Shown: positions 8,527 through 19,008 of the stretch, one piece after another
How positions within the stretch are numbered: position 1 is the stretch's first letter
Layout of the letters: each line of letters starts with the position of its first letter
Origin: Patescibacteria group bacterium
GTDB lineage: Bacteria; Patescibacteriota; Microgenomatia; Levybacterales; GWA1-39-11
DNA length: 64,000 bases
Reading direction: 5' to 3'
Assembly (NCBI GenBank): GCA_035549315.1
Contig: DASZRC010000026.1
Span: 988 to 64,987, forward strand
The notes under the pieces: generated by a model
What the model was told of the DNA's origin: nothing
The model's input: only the letters and a program-made list of their open reading frames with translations
Database searches by the model: none
Position numbers and translations under genes: made by a program

Positions 8527-10986
8527 ATGACACTTTCAAAATATAACGAAAAAAGGAGATTTAACAAAACTCCGGAACCCGTAGGTAAAGAAAAAAAACA
8601 CAAGGGGAAGCTGGAATTTGTAATTCAAAAGCACCACGCTACGCAACTTCACTATGACTTTAGGTTAGAAGCGGGCGGAGTTCTAAAAAGCTGGGCTGTG
8701 CCAAAAGGACCATCTCTGGATCCTGCTACTAAGCGGTTGGCAATGATGGTTGAAGATCATCCCTATGATTACAGAAATTTTGAAGGGGTAATACCGGAAG
8801 GCAATTATGGCGCGGGTAATGTAATCATTTGGGATCAGGGTACATACGAATCGGTAGTTGATCCTCAAAATTCGGAGAAAGAAATTTTAAAAGAACTTAA
8901 TCAGGGCAGTATTAAATTTAGATTGTTTGGAAAAAAACTCCATGGCTTATGGGCGTTAGTCAAACTAAAAAATGCAGAGGAAAATGCTTGGTTATTAATA
9001 AAAGATAGGGACGAATATGCATCGGATAAGGATATTACGGAAAACGACAAGTCAATTATCTCCGGGGCAAGGGTAGATGAAATAAATAAAAAACAAAACA
9101 AAAATTTTAAGAAAATGTTGGAATCTCTTCCAAAAGAAAAGCCACCGGAATTTATTAAACCAATGCTTGCAACACTAATAGATAAACCATTTGATAATAA
9201 GGATTTTATTTTTGAAATAAAATGGGATGGATATCGGGCAATTGCTGATACTGTTGGTAAAAAAGTAAGACTTTATTCAAGAAATAAAATTTCCTTTAAT
9301 GATCATTATCCAGAGATTGTTGAAGCATTAGGAAATTCAAAAATAAATGCTGTATTGGATGGGGAAATTGTGGTTGTAGATGATAATGGAAAGCCGGATT
9401 TTCAAGCATTACAAAATTACAGAAAAGTAAAAACCGGGAATTTGCTTTATTACGTTTTTGATATTCTTTTTCTTGATGGAAGAAATTTAATGGGCCTTCC
9501 TCTGATAGATAGAAAAAAGATTTTGGAAAAAGTTATTCCGGAAAATAGCCAAATTAAATTGGGAACCCACATCGAAGAAAAAGGCGTAAGGTTTTTTGAA
9601 GCGGCAAAAAAAGAAGGTATAGAGGGTGTGGTTGCAAAACGTGGTGATAGTAGTTATTCCCCCGGAATACGCGGAAACAATTGGTTAAAAATTAAAACTC
9701 ATGCCAGACAAGAAGTTATTATTTGTGGTTTTACAAAACCCAAAGGAGGAAGGAAATATTTTGGGGCGTTAATTCTTGGAGTTTATAAAGATAATGAGCT
9801 TACATATGTTGGCCACACGGGAAGTGGTTTTGATGAGCAAAGCCTAAAGGATATGGATGGCATTTTGCAAAAACTAATCGTTGAAAAATCACCTTTCAAA
9901 AAAGTACCAAAGACTAATACTCCGGCAACTTGGGTTAAGCCAAAGCTTATATGCGAAGTGGAATTTTCTGAATGGACAGAAGGCGGTAATATGAGACAAC
10001 CAATTTTTAAGGGTCTTAGAACAGATAAGGATATAAAAGAAGTTACAACTGAAAAAGCAAAAGAAGAAGAAAAAGTTCTAGAGGATAGTGGGATTGAATT
10101 GTCTAATCCGGACAAGATTTTTTGGCCAAGAGAAAAATATACCAAGGGAGATCTGGCAAATTATTACAAAAGTATTTCAAAATTTATTTTGCCTTATCTT
10201 AAAAATAGACCGGAATCTCTAAAGCGTTACCCTAATGGAATTGAAGGAGATTTTTTCTTCCAGAAAGACTTTACTTATGAGTTGCCAAAGTTTGCGGACT
10301 CTATTAAGATTCATTCCGATAGCGAGGACAAAGAGATAAATTATCTTGTTTGTAACAATGAAGAAACACTTTTGTACATGGTTAACTTAGGCTGTATTGA
10401 TATTAATCCTTGGAATAGCAGAGTGGATAACCTTGAGAAGCCGGACTACCTAATTGTTGATTTGGATCCGGAAGAGATAGGTTTTGATAAAGTTATTGAT
10501 GCAGCGCTTGAGGTGAGAAAAGTTTTGGATGAGCTAGAAGTTAAAAGTTATCCTAAGACTTCGGGTGCAACCGGGATTCATATTTATATACCAACCGGTG
10601 GCGAATACACACATGAACAAGGCAGAAGGCTTTGTGAAGTTATAGTAAATATTGTTAACAGCAGAGTACCGGAGTACACAAGTATTACAAGGAGTCCATC
10701 AAAAAGAAAAGGAAAAGTTTATTTGGATTTTCTTCAAAATAGGGTAGGTCAAACGCTTGCTTCACCATATTCTGTTAGGCCAAGGCCGCATGCTACAGTT
10801 TCAGCGCCTCTTAAATGGAGTGAGGTTAAAAAAGGTTTAACTCCGGATGATTTTACTATTAAAAATATTTTGAAAAGGGTAGAAAAAGAAGGTGATTTAT
10901 TTAAAGAAGTATTAAGTGAAGAGCTAAATATGAAAAAGACGCTAAAAAATCTTGAAGATAAATTTGCAGATATAATTAGCTCCTAA
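8527..10986 (+). CDS. ligD: DNA ligase D (phosphoesterase-ligase-polymerase)
   Basis: PE FVIQKHHATQLHYDFRLE; ligase EIKWDGYR, EGVVAK, WLKIK; polymerase DLDP, KTSG..GIHIY, SPYSVR. Confidence 0.95.
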   Translation: MTLSKYNEKRRFNKTPEPVGKEKKHKGKLEFVIQKHHATQLHYDFRLEAGGVLKSWAVPKGPSLDPATKRLAMMVEDHPYDYRNFEGVIPEGNYGAGNVIIWDQGTYESVVDPQNSEKEILKELNQGSIKFRLFGKKLHGLWALVKLKNAEENAWLLIKDRDEYASDKDITENDKSIISGARVDEINKKQNKNFKKMLESLPKEKPPEFIKPMLATLIDKPFDNKDFIFEIKWDGYRAIADTVGKKVRLYSRNKISFNDHYPEIVEALGNSKINAVLDGEIVVVDDNGKPDFQALQNYRKVKTGNLLYYVFDILFLDGRNLMGLPLIDRKKILEKVIPENSQIKLGTHIEEKGVRFFEAAKKEGIEGVVAKRGDSSYSPGIRGNNWLKIKTHARQEVIICGFTKPKGGRKYFGALILGVYKDNELTYVGHTGSGFDEQSLKDMDGILQKLIVEKSPFKKVPKTNTPATWVKPKLICEVEFSEWTEGGNMRQPIFKGLRTDKDIKEVTTEKAKEEEKVLEDSGIELSNPDKIFWPREKYTKGDLANYYKSISKFILPYLKNRPESLKRYPNGIEGDFFFQKDFTYELPKFADSIKIHSDSEDKEINYLVCNNEETLLYMVNLGCIDINPWNSRVDNLEKPDYLIVDLDPEEIGFDKVIDAALEVRKVLDELEVKSYPKTSGATGIHIYIPTGGEYTHEQGRRLCEVIVNIVNSRVPEYTSITRSPSKRKGKVYLDFLQNRVGQTLASPYSVRPRPHATVSAPLKWSEVKKGLTPDDFTIKNILKRVEKEGDLFKEVLSEELNMKKTLKNLEDKFADIISS

Positions 10987-11000
10987 CATCCATATCCGGC

Positions 11001-11534
11001 CTAACGGAACAAGGGTAGGTAATAAAGAATAATTCCCAACACACTTGCTGCTGCAAAACTTAGAAATCCATTCAGCTTTATAACTTTGGTTAGAATAACA
11101 CATGTCAAAAATACTATCCAAGGGATTACCCCTGTTAAAACATCCTTACCTATACTTGCAGTTGCAGATAATATTAGTCCAATCGATGCAACAGTGATCC
11201 CTTTGGTTAAGTGGCCAACTACACCAATATCTTTTACTTTTTGATATCCATGCATGGCCGGAATCATAATAACTCCAGGAAGAATAATGGTAATGAGAGC
11301 AAGGATCGCGCCTATAAATCCACCAACAAAAAATCCTATAGCCGAAATATAAAGGTTTACTTGTCCCGGCGTAACACGCCCTATTGCGTATGCATAAAGA
11401 AGTTGATCATTTGCAATGTAGTGTTGGTTTTGAACCAATGACTGGCTAAGTAACGGGAGCATTATTGGTCCATTACCAAATGTGATAATGGTTTGGAATA
11501 ATAAAATTCCAAGAAAGTTAATAAGGGAGATCAT
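11001..11534 (-). CDS. Short-chain chromate transporter (CHR family), subunit 2
   Basis: TFGNG...AIGRVTPG...IGFFVGGFIGA...LPG. Confidence 0.75.
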   Translation of the reverse strand: MISLINFLGILLFQTIITFGNGPIMLPLLSQSLVQNQHYIANDQLLYAYAIGRVTPGQVNLYISAIGFFVGGFIGAILALITIILPGVIMIPAMHGYQKVKDIGVVGHLTKGITVASIGLILSATASIGKDVLTGVIPWIVFLTCVILTKVIKLNGFLSFAAASVLGIILYYLPLFR

Positions 11535-12081
11535 GACCCTCCTTTACTTTGGAAAAGATTATTATTCCCAAAATTCCACCGGCAAATAGAACTAAAGCCG
11601 CATTAATGCCTATAAAAAAAGTTGCAACAAACGATGCAGCAGCAAAAGCTATTAATAAAGGTGAGTGCACTACGTCCTTTCCCATATTGAGTGCCGATAT
11701 AAAAATTAACCCTACTGCAGATGGCATAATTGAAATATTAACAAGATCAAAAAGTTTATTCTCTTTAAGAACCGCATACATAGCCGCAAGAATTATCGTT
11801 AGGGTAAAACCAGGTAGGGTTACGCCAAGTAGTGCTACAAATACTCCGGGAATTTTTTTATATTTATAACCAATACCCAAGGCAAGATTGGAAACTCCTC
11901 CAGCAGGGACAATTCTTGCCAGTGCAAAAAGATCCATAAATTCTTTTTTTTCCATAAGCCTATGTTTTCTAACAAGCTCTTCTTCCATGGCAAGGATAAC
12001 GGCAAGCCCACCTCCAAAAGCTAATCCGGCTTTTAGAAAAATCAAAAACAACTTCTTATACGTCATATCATGCTTATTCAT
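11518..12081 (-). CDS. Short-chain chromate transporter (CHR family), subunit 1
   Basis: FLKAGLAFGGG...EEELV...EFMDLFALARIVP...IGYK...TLPG. Confidence 0.8.
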   Translation of the reverse strand: MNKHDMTYKKLFLIFLKAGLAFGGGLAVILAMEEELVRKHRLMEKKEFMDLFALARIVPAGGVSNLALGIGYKYKKIPGVFVALLGVTLPGFTLTIILAAMYAVLKENKLFDLVNISIMPSAVGLIFISALNMGKDVVHSPLLIAFAAASFVATFFIGINAALVLFAGGILGIIIFSKVKEGHDLPY

Positions 12082-12134
12082 AGATAAAAGACCAAACGAA
12101 GAACTTTAAGAGGATCTCTACGGTCGAGTTTTAA

Positions 12135-12767
12135 TTATAACAGATTAATTAACTCGGAAATATTTTTAATTGTCTTAACGTTTCTATTGCTAAACTCTTC
12201 CTTTGGAGTGGTTCTATCCGCCACTCCGTAAAAAGAAATTCCAGCGCCATTTGCTGCAAGGAAATCAGATATGGTATCTCCAACGTACAATACCTCTTCC
12301 TTTTCAATCCCTTTGCTGTTTAATTCTTGAAGTGCAAAGTCAAAAACCTTTGGGTCTGGTTTGTGTGCTCTATTTTCTTCTTCTGTTTGGATTAAAAAAA
12401 ATAAGTCGTTTGAGATCCCTGCTAAATCTAAATCATTTTTTATATAACGTTTAGATTTATTGGTTATCATTCCAAGTATATATTTTTTAGACAATTGATT
12501 AAGTGTGGGAAGAGTATCTTCATAAGCAATTGTTGGGTAGTTCTCCCTTTCAATAACATATCGTTCAAATCCTTCTTCAAGGTCTTTTAGGTCTTTGTAG
12601 AGGATTGGCAAGAGATCTTTTATTGGTTTACCCCAGTGTGGTCTTATATCCTCATCTGTTAGTACGGTATTGTAGAATTTCCTGCCCATATCTTTTAATG
12701 CTTCCTTTTTTGTTTCAAAGGTTTTTATAAGCGTATCGTCAATGTCAAACAGTATGGCTTTTACCAT
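12135..12767 (-). CDS. HAD-superfamily hydrolase
   Basis: FDIDDTL, ITNK, KPDP, YVGDTISD. Confidence 0.9.
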   Translation of the reverse strand: MVKAILFDIDDTLIKTFETKKEALKDMGRKFYNTVLTDEDIRPHWGKPIKDLLPILYKDLKDLEEGFERYVIERENYPTIAYEDTLPTLNQLSKKYILGMITNKSKRYIKNDLDLAGISNDLFFLIQTEEENRAHKPDPKVFDFALQELNSKGIEKEEVLYVGDTISDFLAANGAGISFYGVADRTTPKEEFSNRNVKTIKNISELINLL

Positions 12768-12798
12768 AGTATATGCTGATTATATACCCAGAGTGTCT

Positions 12799-13725
12799 TT
12801 AATTTGTAAGAGGTTGAATAGAAGATAGTTTATTCTCTCTTTCTATCCTTTGTGTTTTCCAATTATTTTTGCAATCACTGTTGCAAAAAGCAAAACCCGT
12901 TTCATCATCAAGACAATCATGACAACTTATAAAGTGTTTGTGGCAATAATCCAATTCACAATTTACATAATTTTCACTTTTAACTTGGCAGAAGCTGCAT
13001 CTGGCAATAACTTCATGCTCCGGTTTATCAGTGTTAAAACCCAAGGTCATTCTGTTATCAAATACATAAAGTTTACCTTTGAAATATTTGTTGGGGTAGG
13101 TTTCCATAAAAGTTTGGATACCATCTTTTAGTTGGTAAACATCTTTAAAACCATTTTGCAGTAAGAATCCGGAAGCTTTTTCACATCTTACGCCTCCGGT
13201 GCAAACGGTTACAATAGTTTTATCTTTCATATCCAGTAGTTTTTCGGCGACTTTTCCTAATTCAAAAAAATTCTTCATTCCGGACGCAATTGATCCTTCA
13301 AAATGTCCGGATAGGAATTCATAATCATTTCTCATATCAACAATATAGAATTCTTTTTTGTTTTCAAACCAACTATATAACTCTTCAGAGGATATGTATT
13401 TACCTGTAATTTTATTTGGATTGAGGTTCTTAACGCCAGAAGTTACAATCTCCGGTCTGACTCTTACTCGAAGTTTTGGGAAAGCATTTCCTGTACCTTC
13501 GCTTTTTTTGTAAGTAATACCGCTAAGTAGTTTATCTTTATTCATTGAGGAGATATATTTTTCTGTATCCTCAAGTTTTCCCTCAAGGGTTCCGTTTATG
13601 CCTTCATTTGACACAATAATTCGTCCCTTAAGATTTAATTTTTGACAAAGTTCAATTTGAGCTTCTTTTAGCTCTTCGGGATTTGGTAGATCAACATATT
13701 TATAATATAGTAGTATCTGATACAT
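12799..13725 (-). CDS. trhO: Rhodanese-related protein, TrhO/YceA family (tRNA U34 hydroxylase-like)
   Basis: LLYYKY, LKGRI..EGINGT, DMRNDYE..GHF, CTGGVRCEKAS, YVFDNR, C-terminal Cys cluster; track start 13785. Confidence 0.8.
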   Translation of the reverse strand: MYQILLYYKYVDLPNPEELKEAQIELCQKLNLKGRIIVSNEGINGTLEGKLEDTEKYISSMNKDKLLSGITYKKSEGTGNAFPKLRVRVRPEIVTSGVKNLNPNKITGKYISSEELYSWFENKKEFYIVDMRNDYEFLSGHFEGSIASGMKNFFELGKVAEKLLDMKDKTIVTVCTGGVRCEKASGFLLQNGFKDVYQLKDGIQTFMETYPNKYFKGKLYVFDNRMTLGFNTDKPEHEVIARCSFCQVKSENYVNCELDYCHKHFISCHDCLDDETGFAFCNSDCKNNWKTQRIERENKLSSIQPLTN

Positions 13726-13783
13726 ATGGCCTATAAGTATACCAAATTTAAAGCTAAATTTAAAAAATTTGTATAATGAGCAC

Positions 13784-14851
13784 ATGACAATAGATGATTT
13801 AATTAGAGCAAGGTTAACAAATCAGCAATTAACGAACAGGAGTATCAAAAACGTTGCCGATTTGGTTTCTTGGTTTGGAGCGGTTCAGGCTCAGGACTAT
13901 GCTGGTGCAAAATGGGGATTGGGTCAAAGGTTGGGTATTAATGATAAAGAAATAGAAGAAGCATTCAATAGTGGCGAAATTTTAAGGACACATATAATGC
14001 GTCCAACATGGCATTTTGTTTATCGCAATGATATTAAATGGATGCAAAAACTCACCTCACCCCGTGTGAATCAGATAATGTCCTATTATAATAGGTTGCT
14101 CAGCCTCGATAAAACTTTTTTTGACAAAACAAACCGTATTATTTCCAGCTCCCTTAAAGGGGGTAAATTTCTTACTCGTTTAGAGATTGCAAAAATTCTT
14201 GAGGAAAATAATATATCAATAAGAAGTCAAAAACTAGCTCATGTGGTATCTCAAGCTGAGTTAGATGGAATAATTTGCAGCGGTCCAAGAACAGGGAAAC
14301 AGTTTACGTATGCTTTGTTAGCAGAAAGAGCTCCGGAAGCAAAAGATTTAAATAAAAAAGAATCACTTAAGGAACTTGCAGAAAGGTTTTTCCAAAGTCA
14401 CGGTCCTGCAACGGCCAAGGATTTTGTTTGGTGGTCTGGCTTGACCATGGTAGACGCAAAAGAGGCTATTGGTTTAGCAAAGCTAGAGAACGAAGATATT
14501 GGTGGTAAAAAATATTGGTATGTAAAACCTTTAGAAAAAGTAACAAGGAGCAATCTTTTTCTACTACCAAATTATGATGAATATACCATAGCATATAAAG
14601 ACAGAGATGCATTTTTAGCTCCGGAAGTGGTTAGGTATTTTAAAGCCCAAGGGAATGCATCTTTTTGGAATGCTATTATTTTTGACGGGAAGATAATTGG
14701 TATGTGGAAAAGAACAATACAAAAAGATTCAGTCATCATAAGTATAAAATTATTTAATGGTGTTGGTTCTGAAGTTAAAAAGGATTTGGAAAAAGCTTGT
14801 TCAGGATATGGTAGGTTTTGGAATCTTAAACCGGTTATTAATATTCACTGA
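13784..14851 (+). CDS. AlkZ-like (HTH_42) DNA glycosylase
   Basis: GAVQAQD, RTHIMRPTWH, SHGPATAKDF.WWSGL, LLPNYDEY; track start 13769. Confidence 0.85.
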   Translation: MTIDDLIRARLTNQQLTNRSIKNVADLVSWFGAVQAQDYAGAKWGLGQRLGINDKEIEEAFNSGEILRTHIMRPTWHFVYRNDIKWMQKLTSPRVNQIMSYYNRLLSLDKTFFDKTNRIISSSLKGGKFLTRLEIAKILEENNISIRSQKLAHVVSQAELDGIICSGPRTGKQFTYALLAERAPEAKDLNKKESLKELAERFFQSHGPATAKDFVWWSGLTMVDAKEAIGLAKLENEDIGGKKYWYVKPLEKVTRSNLFLLPNYDEYTIAYKDRDAFLAPEVVRYFKAQGNASFWNAIIFDGKIIGMWKRTIQKDSVIISIKLFNGVGSEVKKDLEKACSGYGRFWNLKPVINIH

Positions 14852-15230
14852 TATATAGCTTAGCAAAGTTATCTGCCTCTTCTTCTTGTTTTCTAATTTC
14901 TTCTTTAGTTTGCTTGATGAGAGTTGAATTTCTATGTCCCAAAATTACATGGCCAATTTCATGGGCTATTGTATATCTTATTTGGTAAACATGTTCATTT
15001 AATAAATGGTCACTTAGAAATATTAGGTGTTGGTTTTTTAAATCGTTGCCCGTAAAAGTAAATGCCCAGGCGTCTTCAAATGAGGATACAAACCAGCAGG
15101 TTTTGGTTACTTTATCTATTATATTCTCCGGCATTAATGAAAGGGTTTGGGAGACAAGGTTCTTCATTCTTTTATTTCCTACTAACTTACCTTCAAAAGA
15201 ATAAATAATTTCTTTTATATCGTCTTTCAC
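14838..15230 (-). CDS. Small HEXXH zinc-metallopeptidase-like protein
   Basis: IRYTIAHEIGHVILGH...EEEADNFA. Confidence 0.6.
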   Translation of the reverse strand: MKDDIKEIIYSFEGKLVGNKRMKNLVSQTLSLMPENIIDKVTKTCWFVSSFEDAWAFTFTGNDLKNQHLIFLSDHLLNEHVYQIRYTIAHEIGHVILGHRNSTLIKQTKEEIRKQEEEADNFAKLYISEY

Positions 15231-15286
15231 AAAAAGATTATATCAGTTTTAAAAATGCCCATCTCTTATGTATAATAGTTCTACTT

Positions 15287-16042
15287 ATGAAAAATTTTTC
15301 CCTCTCAATCGTAATCCCATCCTACAATGAAATGACTAATTTGAGAAAAGGGGTTTTAAACAAAGTGGAGTATTATCTTAAAAAAAATAAGTATAATTTT
15401 GAGGTAATTATTGTTGATGATGGGTCAAATGATGGAAGCCGCGAGTTTGTAAAATCTTTTATAAAGGACAATAAGGGTTTTAAATTAATAGAAAATCCAC
15501 ATACGGGTAAAGCGGGCGCTGTAACGGCGGGGGTTCTGGCAGCCAAGGGTGACTATGTTTTATTTACAGATATGGATCAGGCTGTCCCAATTGATGAGCT
15601 TGAAAAGCTTTTGCCATTTGTGGAGAATGGGTATGATATTGTGATTGGCTCACGTAGTGGTTCAAGACGTGGTGCTCCCTTGACCAGAAGAATAATGTCT
15701 AAAAGCATGATGATTCTTAGGGCCGGACTGGTTGGGCTTTCCGAGATACACGATACCCAATGCGGTTTTAAGCTTTTCAATAAAAAATCGGCGCATGACA
15801 TTTTTGAAAAAATTAAATTTCTACATAAGGGTTATCATTCAATCAAAAATTCTTCAGTGACAGCAGGTTTTGATGTTGAGCTTCTTTACATAGGTAGCAA
15901 AATGGGATACAAGATAAAAGAGGTACCTATAGATTGGTTGTATGTAGAAACAAGAAGAGTAAGCCCTATTAAAGACTCCATAGATGGACTCTTGGATTTA
16001 CTTAGGATTAAAGGCAACATATCAAAGAAGGCTTACGAATAG
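15287..16042 (+). CDS. GT2 polyprenol-phosphate glycosyltransferase (dolichyl-P-glucose synthase-like)
   Basis: IPSYNE, VDDGS, GKAGAV, FTDMD, DTQCGFKLF, FDVELL, IKEVP. Confidence 0.85.
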   Translation: MKNFSLSIVIPSYNEMTNLRKGVLNKVEYYLKKNKYNFEVIIVDDGSNDGSREFVKSFIKDNKGFKLIENPHTGKAGAVTAGVLAAKGDYVLFTDMDQAVPIDELEKLLPFVENGYDIVIGSRSGSRRGAPLTRRIMSKSMMILRAGLVGLSEIHDTQCGFKLFNKKSAHDIFEKIKFLHKGYHSIKNSSVTAGFDVELLYIGSKMGYKIKEVPIDWLYVETRRVSPIKDSIDGLLDLLRIKGNISKKAYE

Positions 16043-16044
16043 TT

Positions 16045-17196
16045 ATGAAAAAAATAATAGTTCCCCTGTGGGCAATTGGAGCATTAGCTCTATTTTTATA
16101 CTCTTTTACCCAAATTGATTTATCTTTAACATTTTCAAGAGTTTCTATTTGGCAAGGAATACAAAAAGCATTTCAATACGTTGGATATTTTAATAGACCA
16201 TTATCTACATATCTATTCATTGGTATTGTTTTGTTTTTATTCTTCCTTTATATAACTACCCTTAGATTAGTAAAACAAAATAAGTTAAAAGCAAAAACTG
16301 TTTGGATCATAATAATTGGTCTTTGTTTTGCTCTATTTCTTTCTTATAACGCTTTTTCATACGATATTTTTAATTACATTTTTGATGCAAAGATTTTGGT
16401 CCACTATGGGCAGAGTCCATATCTACATAAGGCTTTGGATTATCCTGGGGATCCAATGCTTTCCTTCATGCGCTGGACACATAGAACTTATCCCTACGGT
16501 CCTTTTTGGCTGGTCTTGACCGTACCACTATATTTCATTGGACTTGGTTACTTTATTATTACGTTTTATCTATTTAAGCTGCTTATGCTGGCAAACTATA
16601 TTGGAAGCGGATTTCTAATTGAAAAAATTGCCAAAAAATTAAATGTAGATCCATTACTTAGCCTGGCAGCATTTGTTCTTAATCCCTTAGTAATAATTGA
16701 ATCTTTGGTATCTGCTCACAATGATATTGTTATGATATTCTTTTCGCTGTTGGGACTTCTTTTCTTCTTGGAAGGAAAATATTTCAAGTCGGCAGTTGGA
16801 ATGATTATTTCTATTGCGATAAAATTTGCAACAGTTCTTATGATTCCTGCATTCTTGGCAAAGATTGTTTTTAAGGTAAAAAATGACACATTTATCTACA
16901 TACTTATAATTGGCATGTCTATAGGAGTGTTTCTTGCTTCTTATAGAACAACTTTTCAACCCTGGTATTTGGTTTTGGTTATTCCATTTGCCTCACTTGC
17001 GATTAAGAAAAAATTTGTAGCAATTCCAACTGTAATTATTTCCATCTTTGCCTTGTTTCAATATGCTCCGTACCTATATTTGGGTAATTGGGATCCTCCG
17101 GTTCCAATATATTTGTCCTATATGCTTTATGGATCAATAATTGCTTCAATAATATTGTTTTTATTCTTTACTTTTGCAAAGAGTAGGAAAAAATAA
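16045..17196 (+). CDS. GT-C membrane glycosyltransferase (GT87/MptA-MptB-like)
   Basis: SYDIFNY, SPY, PYGPFW, NPLVIIE..SAHND, IKF, QPWY; polytopic. Confidence 0.7.
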   Translation: MKKIIVPLWAIGALALFLYSFTQIDLSLTFSRVSIWQGIQKAFQYVGYFNRPLSTYLFIGIVLFLFFLYITTLRLVKQNKLKAKTVWIIIIGLCFALFLSYNAFSYDIFNYIFDAKILVHYGQSPYLHKALDYPGDPMLSFMRWTHRTYPYGPFWLVLTVPLYFIGLGYFIITFYLFKLLMLANYIGSGFLIEKIAKKLNVDPLLSLAAFVLNPLVIIESLVSAHNDIVMIFFSLLGLLFFLEGKYFKSAVGMIISIAIKFATVLMIPAFLAKIVFKVKNDTFIYILIIGMSIGVFLASYRTTFQPWYLVLVIPFASLAIKKKFVAIPTVIISIFALFQYAPYLYLGNWDPPVPIYLSYMLYGSIIASIILFLFFTFAKSRKK

Positions 17197-17201
17197 TCTA
17201 A

Positions 17202-17378
17202 ATACTTTTGTGTTAACAAAAGTATCAAAAATAACTCGCCCATTTTTACTCAAGCTTTTGATATTCATTCGTTCAACGGGGGAATGTTTGCCCCCTCCGC
17301 GATCCAAGTCGATGCTTGGCCGCTGGACCTCCCCCTGTTTCACTCATTCATCTCTCAAGATTTCGTAAAAGGGGCGAG
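17202..17378. repeat. Structured intergenic element, copy 1 (candidate ncRNA or MITE)
   Basis: ATACTTTTG/CAAAAGTAT hairpin followed by a long nested stem; core nearly identical to 33795-33840. Confidence 0.8.
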
Positions 17379-17442
17379 ATGGATATGAATCACTCACACT
17401 GCTTTATTCACAACTAGTTATTGGTTATAATTGATTAGTAAT

Positions 17443-19008
17443 ATGCGGATAACCCGTAATCATTTTCTGTTTTTAGGTGTAGCACTGGCAATATTAGCTT
17501 TGTACATAGTTCTTCGTTTGCTTAACATTCTAAATCTTCCTTTATTTACAGATGAGGCAATCTACATAAGGTGGGCTCAAATTGCAAAACAGGACGCTTC
17601 ATGGCGATTTATTGCTTTGGTTGACGGGAAAGGCCCCTCTTTTGTATGGGCAGAAATGCTAACTCTCAAACTGTTTAAGGATCCACTTTTTGCAGGCAGA
17701 ATGGTTTCCGTAATAACGGGTATATTTACTACAATCGGATTATTCTTTTTGGGCAACGAGGTGTTTCGTGAAAAACAAAAAGGAAAAGAATACAAAGTAT
17801 TTTCATTTACAAAAGAAACAGTGCCTTACGGTCTTCTTTCAAGTTTAATCTACGTTCTTTATCCGTTTGGATTGGTATATGACAGAATGGCTCTCTATGA
17901 CAGCATGGTTGGTATGTTTGCAGTTTGGTCTTTGTACTTGCTATTTTTATTGGTTAGAACCTTAAGGCTTGATGTAGCTTTAATAACCGGTATAGTTGCC
18001 GGAGGAGGTTTATTAACAAAAGTTAATGCAACGTTTTCTCTCTATTCAATTCCATTTTTACTTCTTATTTTTGATTGGAAACAAAAAAATGTTAAATCAC
18101 GTCTGGCAAAGTTTGTAGGCTTGTCTTTGGTAATAGTTATCCTTGCATATGGCATATATTCAATCCTTCGTCTATCGCCGTTTTACCACATAATTGGTGA
18201 GAAGACGACCCTTTTTGTGTATCCCTTTGGAGAATGGATACATCACCCCTTTACCTATTTTTATAGTAACGCCAGAGCGCTTCTTAATTGGTTCTTTATA
18301 TACATGTCTGTCCCTTCAATTATTCTTATAATAGCTTCATTTTTTGTAAATAAGAAAAACTTTATGGAAAAAGCGGTTCTATTTTTATGGTTTATTTTTC
18401 CAATTACAGCACTTGCCCTTTTTGGAAAATTAATCTACCCAAGGTTTATTTTATTTATGACATTATCATTAATACCTCTAATTTCATATTCAATTATTAA
18501 TTTGGTTGATAAATACAAAAGTCCTTTGATAAGAGCTCTAATTATTCTTTTCGCTTTTGTAATGTATATTTATGCTGATTATTTTATAATCTTTAACTTT
18601 GCTTATGCTCCAATCCCCGGAGCAGATCTTGGACAATATATTAACGGATGGAGTGCCGGGAATGGTGTTAAACAATCCGTTGCTTACTTCAACGAGCAAG
18701 CCAAAGATAAAAAAATATATATTGTTACGGAAGGTACATTCGGGCTTATGCCTTATGGGTTGGAAATGTACTTAGTTAATAACCCAAATATTAAAATTCA
18801 AGCTTTATGGCCAATAAATGATAATACTCCAAAAGATATTTTGGATAAAGCCAAGGTAATGCCAACATATGCCGTCTTTTATCAGCCATGCCCATCTTGC
18901 GGGAATGAAGGCGGAAAGATGCCTCCATTATGGAAGGGTGAAAAAGTTTTATCCGAGCAGCAAGGTATAGGTAACTCTTTCTACAGCGTTTATAGAATTC
19001 TTCCATGA
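17443..19008 (+). CDS. GT-C glycosyltransferase (PMT/ArnT-like)
   Basis: LFTDEAIY after TM1, AGRMVSV, DRMALYD, LLTK; track start 17431. Confidence 0.75.
   Translation: MRITRNHFLFLGVALAILALYIVLRLLNILNLPLFTDEAIYIRWAQIAKQDASWRFIALVDGKGPSFVWAEMLTLKLFKDPLFAGRMVSVITGIFTTIGLFFLGNEVFREKQKGKEYKVFSFTKETVPYGLLSSLIYVLYPFGLVYDRMALYDSMVGMFAVWSLYLLFLLVRTLRLDVALITGIVAGGGLLTKVNATFSLYSIPFLLLIFDWKQKNVKSRLAKFVGLSLVIVILAYGIYSILRLSPFYHIIGEKTTLFVYPFGEWIHHPFTYFYSNARALLNWFFIYMSVPSIILIIASFFVNKKNFMEKAVLFLWFIFPITALALFGKLIYPRFILFMTLSLIPLISYSIINLVDKYKSPLIRALIILFAFVMYIYADYFIIFNFAYAPIPGADLGQYINGWSAGNGVKQSVAYFNEQAKDKKIYIVTEGTFGLMPYGLEMYLVNNPNIKIQALWPINDNTPKDILDKAKVMPTYAVFYQPCPSCGNEGGKMPPLWKGEKVLSEQQGIGNSFYSVYRILP

Noticed and set aside
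17161-17368. Short ORFs 17174-17368 and 17161-17343, with similar peptides (PPPRSK..L) at 33750-33953
   Set aside because: The similarity is confined to the structured repeat core, and a 1-nt length difference and unrelated flanks argue against coding; treated as shadow ORFs.
17235-17378. Structured element as 6S RNA, attC site or intrinsic terminator
   Set aside because: It has two diverged copies inside an operon, no GTTRRRY/RYYYAAC core and no integron integrase in the window, and no U-tract after the stems. 6S cannot be fully excluded without a covariance search.
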